DNA of 40,119 nucleotides from Candidatus Woesearchaeota archaeon (GCA_016784195.1 JADHVE010000002.1:1-40119), one strand, 5' to 3'; shown: positions 9,445 through 18,867, counted from the first letter of the stretch. A program made the numbers and translations. The notes: generated by a model not told the origin, from the sequence alone.

Positions 9445-10110
9445 ATGGCAAAAAAATTCAACGAATATTACCTTAATTGGGATGAAATAAGCCAGATAAT
9501 TACAGCAGCAAAAAATCTTAAGGAAAGTGTTGTTCTAAAAATCTTAGCTCGAACAGGTATGCGTAGATTTGAGCTTGCAAATATCAAGGTTAAAAATGTT
9601 GATTTTGAAAGAAAGAGAATATTTATTGAGAAAGGTAAGGGAGCAAGCCAAAAAGACTCAAAATCAAGAACAGTTCCTGTTGATAATGACACTCTTCAGT
9701 CAATCAAATTCTACATAGAAAGCCGAAAAACAGGCTTTTTAATACAAAGCAACAACAAAATCAAGGACGGCATAAGTTTGAGCCAGATCAACAGAATTGT
9801 AGATAACTGTGCAAAAAAAGCCAATATAAAAAACCCCAATCCTAAGCTCAAAAACATGAACCCTCATATATTCCGCCATAGCTTCTCCAGGCTTAGCTTA
9901 GCAGCAGGAATACCCTTCAACATGGTGCAGAGAATAGCAGGCCATGCTGATGCCCGAACCACTCTACAGATGTACGGCATTCCCTCTATAACCGATACAC
10001 AGCAGCTATACGAGGAAAAGCTCGTTGAAAGGTTCAAAGAAAAGCCAAAGAGCAAAGAGGATGTTAAATTGACTAAGTTTACAGATAAAAACAATCAAAA
10101 ATCTTCTTGA
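9445..10110 (+). CDS. Xer-like tyrosine recombinase, catalytic domain only
   Basis: TGMRRFEL (R), GKG (K), HIFRHSF (HxxR), AGH and TTLQMY (Y) are all intact. 221 aa with no N-terminal core-binding domain. Confidence 0.92.
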   Translation: MAKKFNEYYLNWDEISQIITAAKNLKESVVLKILARTGMRRFELANIKVKNVDFERKRIFIEKGKGASQKDSKSRTVPVDNDTLQSIKFYIESRKTGFLIQSNNKIKDGISLSQINRIVDNCAKKANIKNPNPKLKNMNPHIFRHSFSRLSLAAGIPFNMVQRIAGHADARTTLQMYGIPSITDTQQLYEEKLVERFKEKPKSKEDVKLTKFTDKNNQKSS

Positions 10111-10158
10111 TATCCCTTAAACCAAAACAAATTTAAACAATCTCCTTAATTAATAAGT

Positions 10159-10851
10159 ATGGCAATCCAGATAATCCTGTTGGCGATATTAGGAATTCTT
10201 CTATTCTTACTGTTCTGGAAAATAACAAAAATGATTCTGAAAGCAATAACATTCACATTCTTAATCTTGTTATTATTGCTATCAATAACCGGATTTTTCG
10301 TCTACAAAGATATCAAAGACTTCCAGAATAATATTGGAGAAAAGCCTGTTCTGTTTGTTTTAACAGATCAAAATAAAGTCCTAACAGCAATAAGCATGGA
10401 AAAATTAGAACTTGAAGAAGGTTTTTTTGATAAAATATCAGAAGCAACATCCCCTGAAGAAATAGAAAAGCTATCATCTTACTATCAAAATAAAGACTAC
10501 AGCTCAATGCTCAACAACAATTACAAACTGGTATTAACCGACATAAGATTCATAGAAAATGGGTTAAAAGACAGCTTTGTTATAGGCGATAAAAGCGAAT
10601 TAGGAAAAGGCTTAACAAAAAAAGAAATCATTGATGTTCTAAAAGCAGAAAACCCTTTGAAAATCTCAGATTTTGAAGAAACAAACCCGGATAAAATAAG
10701 GAACTTCTTCTTTATCTTTTCTTTTGCAACAATTATCAAAGAAAATGGTCCTTTTTTCATGATAAAAGAGATGAAAAACAACAACATAGAAATCTATAAA
10801 GAGCCTTTCAGCCTCAAATTAATAAAGAATATCCCAAAAACTAAGAACTGA
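10159..10851 (+). CDS. Hypothetical membrane-anchored protein
   Basis: Two N-terminal hydrophobic helices followed by a soluble domain. Confidence 0.7.
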   Translation: MAIQIILLAILGILLFLLFWKITKMILKAITFTFLILLLLLSITGFFVYKDIKDFQNNIGEKPVLFVLTDQNKVLTAISMEKLELEEGFFDKISEATSPEEIEKLSSYYQNKDYSSMLNNNYKLVLTDIRFIENGLKDSFVIGDKSELGKGLTKKEIIDVLKAENPLKISDFEETNPDKIRNFFFIFSFATIIKENGPFFMIKEMKNNNIEIYKEPFSLKLIKNIPKTKN

Positions 10852-11173
10852 TACAAACACCCATCTCATCTGCTATTTTGCCCGTTAAACGGCATTTAAA
10901 GCCCTCTGGACAGCCAAAACCAGCTATACCACCACATTCACACTGCACTTGACACATTTCAATACAGAAATCAGCATCTGTTCCACCACAAGGGCTTCCG
11001 CATTCATTCCATTTGCCATTAACTTCTCTACATCTTTGTTTAGTAATACCATTAAAAGCTGTTTCTTCATCCATACCAGTATCATCTTCAGAAGGCTCAT
11101 GCACAACAGTTTCTTCCACACATCCAGCCAGAAAACCCATCAAAATTATTAAAAACAAGCCTGTTTTTTTCAT
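10841..11173 (-). CDS. Cysteine-rich lipoprotein
   Basis: Signal peptide with LAGC lipobox; 10 Cys in the C-terminal domain. Confidence 0.78.
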   Translation of the reverse strand: MKKTGLFLIILMGFLAGCVEETVVHEPSEDDTGMDEETAFNGITKQRCREVNGKWNECGSPCGGTDADFCIEMCQVQCECGGIAGFGCPEGFKCRLTGKIADEMGVCISS

Positions 11174-11750
11174 AAAAATGGTGGTAATTTTGATTTATTT
11201 AAATTTTTCTATCTCTGAAAATTTTATCAATATTTGATATTACCCTATAAACTATAATCTTTGATAAAAATATTTAATCATAAAACTATTGTTAAAACTA
11301 TATTTAATATTTTAGATAATCAAAAATAACCTTTACTAAACTATCAATAAAATATATAAACAATATAATCTATAACCAATTAAACCTATTCCCATCTATA
11401 GTTTAAACAACATAATGCCTAATTAATTAATTTCCATATTGAAAATTAAAAACATCAAAACCAAAAAGTGAGTGTTCAGATAGCAGTGATAAACCAATAA
11501 AAAATAACAAAAAAGAGCATAATCATAATTTGACCTAACCAGCAAAGAATTACTTAAAAAATGAGCTCAATAAATCAAAAAAATACAATATCCGAAGCAG
11601 CAAAAACATTCAATAATCGATAGTGAGACTTTATAGAGCATTCATAAATCTATGTACATTTTTTATCATCAAAAATAATATTTTATTTTATCAGTTAAAG
11701 ATTTAATGATCAATCAAAAAGATTAAACCTAAAGTGAGAATAACAGCTAA

Positions 11751-11802
11751 TTAGGCACTATAAAATAAGTAATCTATTTTCCATTTAAAACCTCTAAAAC
11801 CC
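11751..11802. repeat. Duplicated motif, copy 2
   Basis: Matches 5527-5577 in the same orientation. Confidence 0.75.
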
Positions 11803-11821
11803 TAAAATTTTTCAGTTACAG

Positions 11822-13630
11822 TTATTCTACTCCACTCAACTTCTTCCTATACAGTTCATTATCAGGTTCTAAACTAACAGATTTTCTCAACTCTTCCAAA
11901 GCCTTTCCCCTTTCACCTAAAAAATCATACAACACTCCAAGATTATAGTGAGCGTCAGCATAATCCTTATCAAGGATTATAGCTGTTTTAAAAGCCTCCA
12001 AAGAAGCATCAAAAGAGCCTACCTGCCCGTAAATTGTCCCTAAATCATTATAGCCTTTAGCATACTTAGGCTTTAAAACAACCGTCTTGTTCAGCATCAA
12101 AATAGCCTTTTCATACTCTCCAGTTTCAGCATACACTAATCCTAATTTATTGTAAGTTTTGTAGTACTGATTAAATGTTAAAGCAGTCTCAAACTCTATT
12201 ATTGAATAATTATACAAGCCAACCTTAGCCAAAGCAACCCCCAGATTAGTATGTGCTTTGTAATTATCCGGCTTTAATTCAATTGCTTTGCTAAACTCAG
12301 TTATAGCCTCTTTATACCTGCCCATCCTTTCATAAGTGAATCCAAGATTATCATGAGCCCCTGAATTATTTGGGCTATCCTTGACAGTCTCCGTCCATAA
12401 AGTTAAATTATCTTTCCACTCAGCATTCCTTTTTACGACCGCAAAAGAATAAGATAAAAACAGCAGAACAATAAAAACAACTAATCCTATTCTTATGTTT
12501 TTTTTGATATCCAGATTATAGATTTTGTCAAAAGCAAAAGCAAGCAGCAAACAAAATCCTAATGAAGGCAGATACAAATACCTCTCAGCCATTAAAACAA
12601 CCAATGGAACTATATTAGACACAGGCAATAAAGTAATAAAAAACCAAAACACGCAAAAAAAAGTTATTTTATTAAAAAGCCTTATTGTAATGAAGACAAT
12701 AAAGATTAAAATAAGTATTGGCAATAAAACATCAAAAATTGAATTTGCAATAGCCACATCATGAAATAATTTCAAGTCAAATGGAAATATCAACAGTAAA
12801 ATATAGCCGATAAAAACCTTAGTCATTGTTATCCCGGTAAAATACCATCCCTGGCTTGCATATTCAGGAACTCTGCCATACATGCCTAAAACAAAAAACC
12901 TGAAAAAAACATAAATACCAGCTATAATAAAAAAAGGCGAATATCTCTTAAATAAACTTTTGAAATTATCCTTGCTGAACCTTTCCTTGTTGAAAGAAAA
13001 CTCATACAATATAATGATTAAAGGTAAAGTTATGACTTCTTCTGACGCTAATAATCCAATAAAAAATATTATAACAGAGAGAATAAGATAATTTAATTTT
13101 TTATTTGTAAAAAATCTTTTAGATTTTTGAGCATGCTCGGAAATCTCCGATTTCCGACATTTAGAAAACCAAACATAAAAATAAAATGCCAACAAATACA
13201 AAAAGATTCCCAGTAAGTCAAAGCCGGCAGTCATATTAGTGACTCTGCCAGTATGCACTGGATGCAGAGCAAAAAGCAAAGAAGCAATTAAAGCAATATT
13301 CCTTTTATTGATAATCTTTAAAATTATAAAATAGGCTAATATGGATATCATTATGTGAAGAAACAAGGCATAAAGGTGGTATCCAAACGGGTTATCCTTA
13401 AAAACAGAGTAAACAACTGCATAACTGATGCTTCTTAAAGGCCTATACAATCCGTCTATACTGCTTGTAAAAAAACCCAAAACATTGGAAAAAGACTTTA
13501 TTTCAGTATTCTCCAAAATAAACATATAGTCATCCCAGACAAAATCATTAATGAAAATGTTCCCATAAGCTGTTATTGATAAGAATATGATTAAGAAGAC
13601 AGCAATAAGATTTTTACTTATTTTTTTCAT
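11822..13630 (-). CDS. TMTC-like GT-C membrane glycosyltransferase with C-terminal TPRs
   Basis: FVWDD, YRPL, LFALHPVHT, MAERYLYLPS, RNAEW, followed by several TPR repeats. Confidence 0.88.
   Translation of the reverse strand: MKKISKNLIAVFLIIFLSITAYGNIFINDFVWDDYMFILENTEIKSFSNVLGFFTSSIDGLYRPLRSISYAVVYSVFKDNPFGYHLYALFLHIMISILAYFIILKIINKRNIALIASLLFALHPVHTGRVTNMTAGFDLLGIFLYLLAFYFYVWFSKCRKSEISEHAQKSKRFFTNKKLNYLILSVIIFFIGLLASEEVITLPLIIILYEFSFNKERFSKDNFKSLFKRYSPFFIIAGIYVFFRFFVLGMYGRVPEYASQGWYFTGITMTKVFIGYILLLIFPFDLKLFHDVAIANSIFDVLLPILILIFIVFITIRLFNKITFFCVFWFFITLLPVSNIVPLVVLMAERYLYLPSLGFCLLLAFAFDKIYNLDIKKNIRIGLVVFIVLLFLSYSFAVVKRNAEWKDNLTLWTETVKDSPNNSGAHDNLGFTYERMGRYKEAITEFSKAIELKPDNYKAHTNLGVALAKVGLYNYSIIEFETALTFNQYYKTYNKLGLVYAETGEYEKAILMLNKTVVLKPKYAKGYNDLGTIYGQVGSFDASLEAFKTAIILDKDYADAHYNLGVLYDFLGERGKALEELRKSVSLEPDNELYRKKLSGVE
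13106..13159. repeat. 54-nt double-hairpin palindrome inserted in frame in the TPR/GT-C gene
   Basis: Minus strand TG-TCGGAAATC-GGA-GATTTCCGA-GCATGC-TCAAAAATCT-AAA-AGATTTTTTA-CA, encoding CRKSEISEHAQKSKRFFT between two TM helices. Confidence 0.8.
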
Positions 13631-13681
13631 TAAAATAAAAGAAAGAAGAGAAAGAATAAAAACTTTGCTCTGATAATCACC

Positions 13682-14398
13682 TTATCCAACATAACTCATT
13701 CTTTTCTTCTCGCTTATTTCTTGCGCCTTTTGGCTTTGGCTTAACAGGCCTTTTAACTTACCCTCAAACTTTTCAGCCTGCTCCAATAAAGGCTTAGTAT
13801 CCACCTTCAAGCCTAAATATTTATCTAAAGTTTCCACAATCCTTGCAGCAGCCTTACTGTCAGGCATATTACTCTGTGTCTCAGCAAAAATACAGCTAAC
13901 AGGAACTTTTTCAGACCTCAAAAGCAAAGCTCCGGTAACTCCAACAACTATCCCCTCTTTTAACGGCTCTAAGCCTATACTTTCAAATTTTTTCTTTTTT
14001 GCAGCTTCATCAGTGTAATAAAAAACCTTTGATGTTGTTAACGGAACTTTTTCACCACTTCCTACGCCTTCTAAAGAAATTATCTCTCTGGCATTCAATT
14101 CTTCTGCAAGCTTTGTAATAGTCTCTGCAATCTCCCACTCAAAGCCTTGAGAAGCGGTTATTGCATGAAGTATCACCAGATTATATTTTTTATTGTAAAA
14201 AATTCCTAACGGCTCAACCACCTTATTCTCATGTATGGCGACCATAGCGGGCATTTCATTAAAAATAATTTTTCCTATCTGCTCTGTTTTCTGATGTCCT
14301 ATCAAAAACTCAGAAGCAATAGTCCCTACTAAACCAAAGCCCGGAAAGCCTTCTATTATTATCGGATTCTTTGGTTTTTTCTTAAGCTTTATTTCCAT
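13682..14398 (-). CDS. Proteasome assembly chaperone, PAC2 family
   Basis: IIEGFPGFGLVGTIA and PDSKAA. Start placed at MEIKL (14398) after GAGG. Confidence 0.9.
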   Translation of the reverse strand: MEIKLKKKPKNPIIIEGFPGFGLVGTIASEFLIGHQKTEQIGKIIFNEMPAMVAIHENKVVEPLGIFYNKKYNLVILHAITASQGFEWEIAETITKLAEELNAREIISLEGVGSGEKVPLTTSKVFYYTDEAAKKKKFESIGLEPLKEGIVVGVTGALLLRSEKVPVSCIFAETQSNMPDSKAAARIVETLDKYLGLKVDTKPLLEQAEKFEGKLKGLLSQSQKAQEISEKKRMSYVG

Positions 14399-14411
14399 GT
14401 TAAAACCTCTT

Positions 14412-14876
14412 TTATTTTTTTTGTGTTCCATCATTTTTTACTTGTTTTTGGATGTTCCTGATAATTTTATCAATATCACCATCAATCTTTCTTACTTTTT
14501 TACTTAAATGATGAGCAGTTCTTGCTAAAAACCTATCAATGTTAATTTCATTAATCTCAGCTTTTTTCATCTCATCAAGCAGTTTTTCAATTTTTCGTAA
14601 TTTTTCCTTAATTACTGGAATAAGGTCATTCCTGCTTTTTGCTATCTCTCCTAAATTAGAAGCATCTCTGAAAAATTGGAATATGCCTGTATAATCAAAT
14701 TTAGATAACAGCGCTTTAAGCATTTCATCATCTTCAAAAATCTTAATATCTTCTTCTATTTTATCTAGGGCATTTTTTGAAGAATGTTTTTTTAAATGAA
14801 CATGAAGTTCTTCAACAATTTTATGTATCCTGCTAAGAGCTTCTTCCCGGCTAAGTTTTGTTTCTGCTGTTCGCAT
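14412..14876 (-). CDS. Hypothetical helical protein
   Basis: 154 aa charged ORF with a TATA-like box upstream. Confidence 0.6.
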   Translation of the reverse strand: MRTAETKLSREEALSRIHKIVEELHVHLKKHSSKNALDKIEEDIKIFEDDEMLKALLSKFDYTGIFQFFRDASNLGEIAKSRNDLIPVIKEKLRKIEKLLDEMKKAEINEINIDRFLARTAHHLSKKVRKIDGDIDKIIRNIQKQVKNDGTQKK

Positions 14877-15080
14877 AATTAATCGTCCGCAATTAACATA
14901 TATAAACTTTTTGTTTTGATTTTTAGATGCTGTTATGCAGGATAAATTATGGTTATTTTAAGAAAGAAAAAACTTATGAAGTTTACTTTAAATTTATTCC
15001 GACTAAAAAACACAATATTTATAAACCAATTATTATTCCCACTATAAGAAAAATAATCAAAATAATTAGGAGGATATAAA

Positions 15081-16367
15081 ATGGCAAAAGGTAACCCGCA
15101 TATAAATTTAGTATTCATAGGTCATGTTGATCATGGTAAAAGCACTACTGTAGGTAGATTACTGTTTGATTCTGGTAGTATAAGTGAACAAGCAATGAGA
15201 AAGCTTAAGGACAAAGCAGAAGAGCTGGGAAAGGGAGGCTTTGAATTTGCTTTTGTCATGGACAACTTAAAGGAAGAAAGGGAAAGGGGAGTTACAATTG
15301 ACTTAGCCCATAAAAAGTTTGAAACAACTAAGTATTATTTTACAATCATAGATGCTCCAGGACATAAAGATTTCATCAAGAATATGATTACTGGCGCATC
15401 ACAGGCAGACGCTGGAGTTTTAGTAGTTTCAGCAAACCCAAGCGACGGAGTACAAGCTCAGACTAAGGAGCATATTTTTCTTTCAAAAACACTGGGTGTT
15501 AACCAACTGATAATTGCCATAAACAAGATGGACATGGCAAAATATGCTCAAAAAAGGTTTGATGAAGTAAAAATGCAAGTGGAAACCTTATTGAAGAGTG
15601 TAGGGTACAAACCTGAAGAAATTTCATTCGTTCCAATTGCTTCTTTGCTTGGTGACAATATAACCAAAAAATCAGAGAATATGCCCTGGTACACTGGCAA
15701 GACCCTATTAGATGCATTAGACACATTAAAAGAGCCAGAAAAGCCAACAACTTTGCCATTAAGGCTTCCGATACAGGACGTATATAACATCACAGGTATA
15801 GGTGTTGTTCCTGTTGGCAGAGTTGAAACAGGCGTTATGAAAGTAGGAGACAAAGTAGTTGTTGTGCCTGGAAGGGAAGGCAAAGGCATTCAAGGGGAAT
15901 GTAAGACAATTGAGATGCATCATGAGCAAATGCAACAGGCAGAGCCTGGAGACAATATAGGCTTTAGCGTAAGAGGCATAGGCAAAAAAGACATTGCCCG
16001 TGGTGATGTTTTAGGGCATACAGATAATGTTCCAACTATTGCAACAGAATTCACAGCCCAGATGGTTGTCTTAAATCATCCAACTGTCATAACTGTGGGT
16101 TATACTCCGGTATTCCATATACATACAGCCCAGGTTGCATGCCAGGTAATAGCAATAGAGAAAAAGCTGGATCCAGCAACAGGAGAAACAAAAGAAGAAA
16201 ATCCTGACTTCATCAAGAACGGAGATGCAGCAATTGTCAGGCTAAAGCCGGTTCAGCCAATGGTAATCGAAAAGCAAAAAGATATCCCTCAGATGTCCAG
16301 ATTTGCTATTCGTGACTCAGGTGCAACTGTTGCAGCTGGTATGTGTATTGACTTAGTCAAAAAGTAA
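15081..16367 (+). CDS. tuf: Translation elongation factor 1-alpha
   Basis: [27 protein letters not shown]; archaeal type; GGAGG RBS. Confidence 0.98.
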   Translation: MAKGNPHINLVFIGHVDHGKSTTVGRLLFDSGSISEQAMRKLKDKAEELGKGGFEFAFVMDNLKEERERGVTIDLAHKKFETTKYYFTIIDAPGHKDFIKNMITGASQADAGVLVVSANPSDGVQAQTKEHIFLSKTLGVNQLIIAINKMDMAKYAQKRFDEVKMQVETLLKSVGYKPEEISFVPIASLLGDNITKKSENMPWYTGKTLLDALDTLKEPEKPTTLPLRLPIQDVYNITGIGVVPVGRVETGVMKVGDKVVVVPGREGKGIQGECKTIEMHHEQMQQAEPGDNIGFSVRGIGKKDIARGDVLGHTDNVPTIATEFTAQMVVLNHPTVITVGYTPVFHIHTAQVACQVIAIEKKLDPATGETKEENPDFIKNGDAAIVRLKPVQPMVIEKQKDIPQMSRFAIRDSGATVAAGMCIDLVKK

Positions 16368-16468
16368 TTAATTAAATTATTTTTTATATTTAAAATTAAA
16401 AAACCTCGTTCCGAGGGTCATGATAATTTATTTTATCATGTAAGCACGCAAATAACTACCCAAACAAA

Positions 16469-16777
16469 ATGCAGAAAGCAAGAATAAAACTAGCAAGTAT
16501 TGATATCACTAAGGTAAATGATGTCTGCAATTACATAAAAGATATTGCAGAGAAGACCGGGGTAGATATGCGTGGACCTATTCCTTTACCTACTAAAAAG
16601 CTTAAAGTTACCACTAGAAAAAGTCCAGATGGAGAAGGAACAGCAACCTGGGAAAGATTCGAAATGAGGGTCCATAAGCGCTTAATAGATCTTGGATTGG
16701 ATGAACGGGCTCTAAGGCTTGTTATGCGTGTGCCCATTCCAGAAGGACTTAGTATTGAGATTGAGATGATTGAATAA
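16469..16777 (+). CDS. rpsJ: 30S ribosomal protein uS10
   Basis: [25 protein letters not shown]; follows EF-1alpha. Confidence 0.97.
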   Translation: MQKARIKLASIDITKVNDVCNYIKDIAEKTGVDMRGPIPLPTKKLKVTTRKSPDGEGTATWERFEMRVHKRLIDLGLDERALRLVMRVPIPEGLSIEIEMIE

Positions 16778-16779
16778 GG

Positions 16780-17358
16780 CTAAATCTTTTCTAGGATTGT
16801 TATATCATTAAGAGCGCTAATTTTTTTGAATTTAATATTTTTTAAAAATTGAATAATTTTCTCATTATCTAACAAATCAGCTCCTTTATGGATACTATAA
16901 TTACCTTTTTTAGTTAATAATGAAAAAACAGACAATACTTCTTGGGTATTCTGAATTTGCTTTTTTGGATCGAATATTTCTTTTTCCTTTGTTTTGATAA
17001 AATTACAGGAACTAAAAAAATATGCGCTTGCCGTTAAATCAAACCTTTTATTAAAAATTTTATTATGATTATCCAAATTTATCAATTGGTTATCAGCTTC
17101 AACTTCAGCTCCATACAACCTTAATTTTAATATATCCTCTCCCCCAATCTCACATAGTTTTATATCCTGAAGAATTTTTTCCTTTTCAAAGAAATTATTT
17201 ATTTCTCTAAAAGGTTTATTTTCTATTTCATTTAGTCTATTTAGCTCTTTAATTGAAAAACAAACAGCAGCTAAAAGATAATTTCCATAATCAACAGCTT
17301 TATCATTATAGTTTTTATTCAAAACATCAAAGGTGAATTTTCTTTGTTCAAATTCCAT
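16780..17358 (-). CDS. Hypothetical protein
   Basis: 192 aa ORF, no motif recognised with confidence. Confidence 0.6.
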   Translation of the reverse strand: MEFEQRKFTFDVLNKNYNDKAVDYGNYLLAAVCFSIKELNRLNEIENKPFREINNFFEKEKILQDIKLCEIGGEDILKLRLYGAEVEADNQLINLDNHNKIFNKRFDLTASAYFFSSCNFIKTKEKEIFDPKKQIQNTQEVLSVFSLLTKKGNYSIHKGADLLDNEKIIQFLKNIKFKKISALNDITILEKI

Positions 17359-17434
17359 TTTTTATTTAAATTTACCTGAGTATTTAAAAATTTTCAATTA
17401 AGTTTATAAATGAAAAATAATTCTTTATTATTAA

Positions 17435-17536
17435 GCCGCAGTGGCACAACCTGGTACTGCGCAAGCTTGGAGTTTCAAGCAATGCTAGATAGCTTGTTTC
17501 CTTCGGGATATCCCGGTTCAAATCCGGGCTGCGGCG
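17435..17536 (+). tRNA. tRNA-Ser(GGA) with an intron at 37/38 (17473-17490)
   Basis: GCCGCAG/CTGCGGC acceptor, CAAGC/GCTTG anticodon stem, GGA at 17469-17471, long variable arm, G73. Confidence 0.93.
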
Positions 17537-17545
17537 TATTACTTT

Positions 17546-17576
17546 ACCAAAACGTGTTTTCGTTTTGGTTTTTCTT
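17546..17576 (+). terminator. Hairpin plus T-tract after tRNA-Ser(GGA)
   Basis: ACCAAAACG-TGTTTT-CGTTTTGGT followed by TTTTCTT. Confidence 0.45.
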
Positions 17577-17628
17577 GATTTCTAGGCAGAGGGGTCTCAA
17601 AGTCCCCTCTACTCCGACATATATTTTT

Positions 17629-17755
17629 AATTCCTGTTAAGTTCGTTTCCCATACGAAGTGTGGGAAACCTGAGTCTGCAGAGTAAAATTTGAGTTCCCA
17701 ATAAATTCGAGCCAAAGGCGAGTGTAAATGTCCGAAGGACTAGGGGGTTCCGTTC
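17629..17755 (+). repeat. Structured intergenic repeat related to the spacers at 25-32 kb
   Basis: Begins AATTCCTGTTAA, contains GTTTCCCATAC-GAA-GTGTGGGAAAC, and ends in a block homologous to 28217-28263. Confidence 0.7.
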
Positions 17756-17776
17756 ATTCCAAAAAAGATAAAGAAA

Positions 17777-17953
17777 TTATTTTTTAGAGTAAATCATATA
17801 TTCTATTATTAAAGTAAAAATTGGAAATAAAATACTTAAGACAATTGATGTATCTCTTCCGAGAGTTGTTGTTTGTAGAATGAAAAATATAATTAATCCT
17901 AAAGTTATTGTCTGTAATGTTCCAAAGACATAAAATAAGTTTTTGCTTTTCAT
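17777..17953 (-). CDS. Small two-TM membrane protein, 58 aa
   Basis: Manual translation MKSKNLFYVFGTLQTITLGLIIFFILQTTTLGRDTSIVLSILFPIFTLIIEYMIYSKK; ATGA overlap with the upstream ORF. Confidence 0.72.
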   Translation of the reverse strand: MKSKNLFYVFGTLQTITLGLIIFFILQTTTLGRDTSIVLSILFPIFTLIIEYMIYSKK

Positions 17954-18105
17954 TTTTTCTTAAAAAAAGCTTTTTGCATTAAAGGACGTATATTATAACC
18001 TAATCCAAACCCAATAAACAGCATACCAATAAGTTTATTGCTATTTAAAAGTGCAATTCCTACTACAACTAAACCTGCTCCTAATGTTTCTTGCCAATAT
18101 TTCAT
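17950..18105 (-). CDS. Small two-TM membrane protein, 51 aa
   Basis: MKYWQETLGAGLVVVGIALLNSNKLIGMLFIGFGLGYNIRPLMQKAFFKKK; ATGA overlaps at both ends. Confidence 0.72.
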   Translation of the reverse strand: MKYWQETLGAGLVVVGIALLNSNKLIGMLFIGFGLGYNIRPLMQKAFFKKK

Positions 18106-18281
18106 TTTTCAAAATATCCTCTTGCAATAAAGAATCCAGAAAACACCCCAATACCCACTAAGATTAATCCCGCAGGATTACCTTTAGAAAGCAATATTCC
18201 AATGATTGGCAAAAGTGGAGCAATTCCAAGCATAGCTTTTTTTGGAATAATTATAGATTCTTTTTTTAGTTTTTGGACCAT
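18102..18281 (-). CDS. Small two-TM membrane protein, 59 aa
   Basis: MVQKLKKESIIIPKKAMLGIAPLLPIIGILLSKGNPAGLILVGIGVFSGFFIARGYFEK; TTTAAATA box about 25 nt upstream. Confidence 0.72.
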   Translation of the reverse strand: MVQKLKKESIIIPKKAMLGIAPLLPIIGILLSKGNPAGLILVGIGVFSGFFIARGYFEK

Positions 18282-18505
18282 TATTATATCATTTAATCAC
18301 TTAGTATTTAAATTCTTTGACTTAGGAACCTTATCTTTTTTGTTTTATTTTCTAAAAAAGAAAATGGAACTTAACATCAAGTACAAAAACAGCTATTCAA
18401 AAGAGAATCTATTCTAGAAAAATAGAATTAGAGTCTCAAAAAATCTAGGCGAAATAGCGTTTTATAAAGACAATCTTTATATATCCATGCCTCCTTTTAA
18501 ATAGT

Positions 18506-18740
18506 ATGCCGTCAAAAGACGTGCTTTTTTAGCATGTCCGAGAGCATATATTAAGGACACAGACGGTAGAAATCAAGATTCACGAGGACGGTGCCTTTAT
18601 CCGAAAGCACGTTCTAATCATTACTCGCTTGGACTGGGTTCAAAACAGCATATCCCAACATAGTTTAGGCAACCAGCTTAGCTTGGTGGCTCACTACTAA
18701 CACCGGGATACCTGTTGAAAGTCTCAGTCCATGCGTTCTT
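18506..18740 (+). ncRNA. Unidentified structured RNA, about 230 nt
   Basis: GC-elevated with no ORF, TTTATATA at 18476-18483, and multiple helices including CGC.TGGACTGGG/TCTCAGTCCA.GCG, AACAG/CTGTT and TATCCC/GGGATA. Confidence 0.7.
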
Positions 18741-18867
18741 TAAAAAGTAAAGTTTTTGTAGAGTTCTGAGAAATAGAAAATACTTATAACCTCATGCTAG
18801 ATTCTAACTTGATCAGATGCAACAGTTCATGAAGTGAAAGAGGAACTTAAGTTCTAACCTTATAAAT

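Noticed and set aside
9445-10110. Classical integron integrase IntI
   Set aside because: Too short, no recognisable IntI-specific insertion, 15 kb from the repeats, and the repeats lack L boxes.
17410-17640. 76 aa ORF; likewise 20054-20242, 23772-23975 and the 5' part of 23869-24192
   Set aside because: They overlap tRNA genes and are artefacts of GC-rich structured sequence.
18506-18740. 5S rRNA, SRP RNA or RNase P RNA
   Set aside because: CTTTATCCGAAA only loosely recalls 5S loop C and the other helices do not fit. No SRP helix-8 motif and no GAGGAAAGTCC or ACAGAA RNase P signature.
18783-18860. C/D box sRNA after a TATA-like CTTATAA
   Set aside because: Only an ATGA is recognisable; the C and D boxes are too degenerate.
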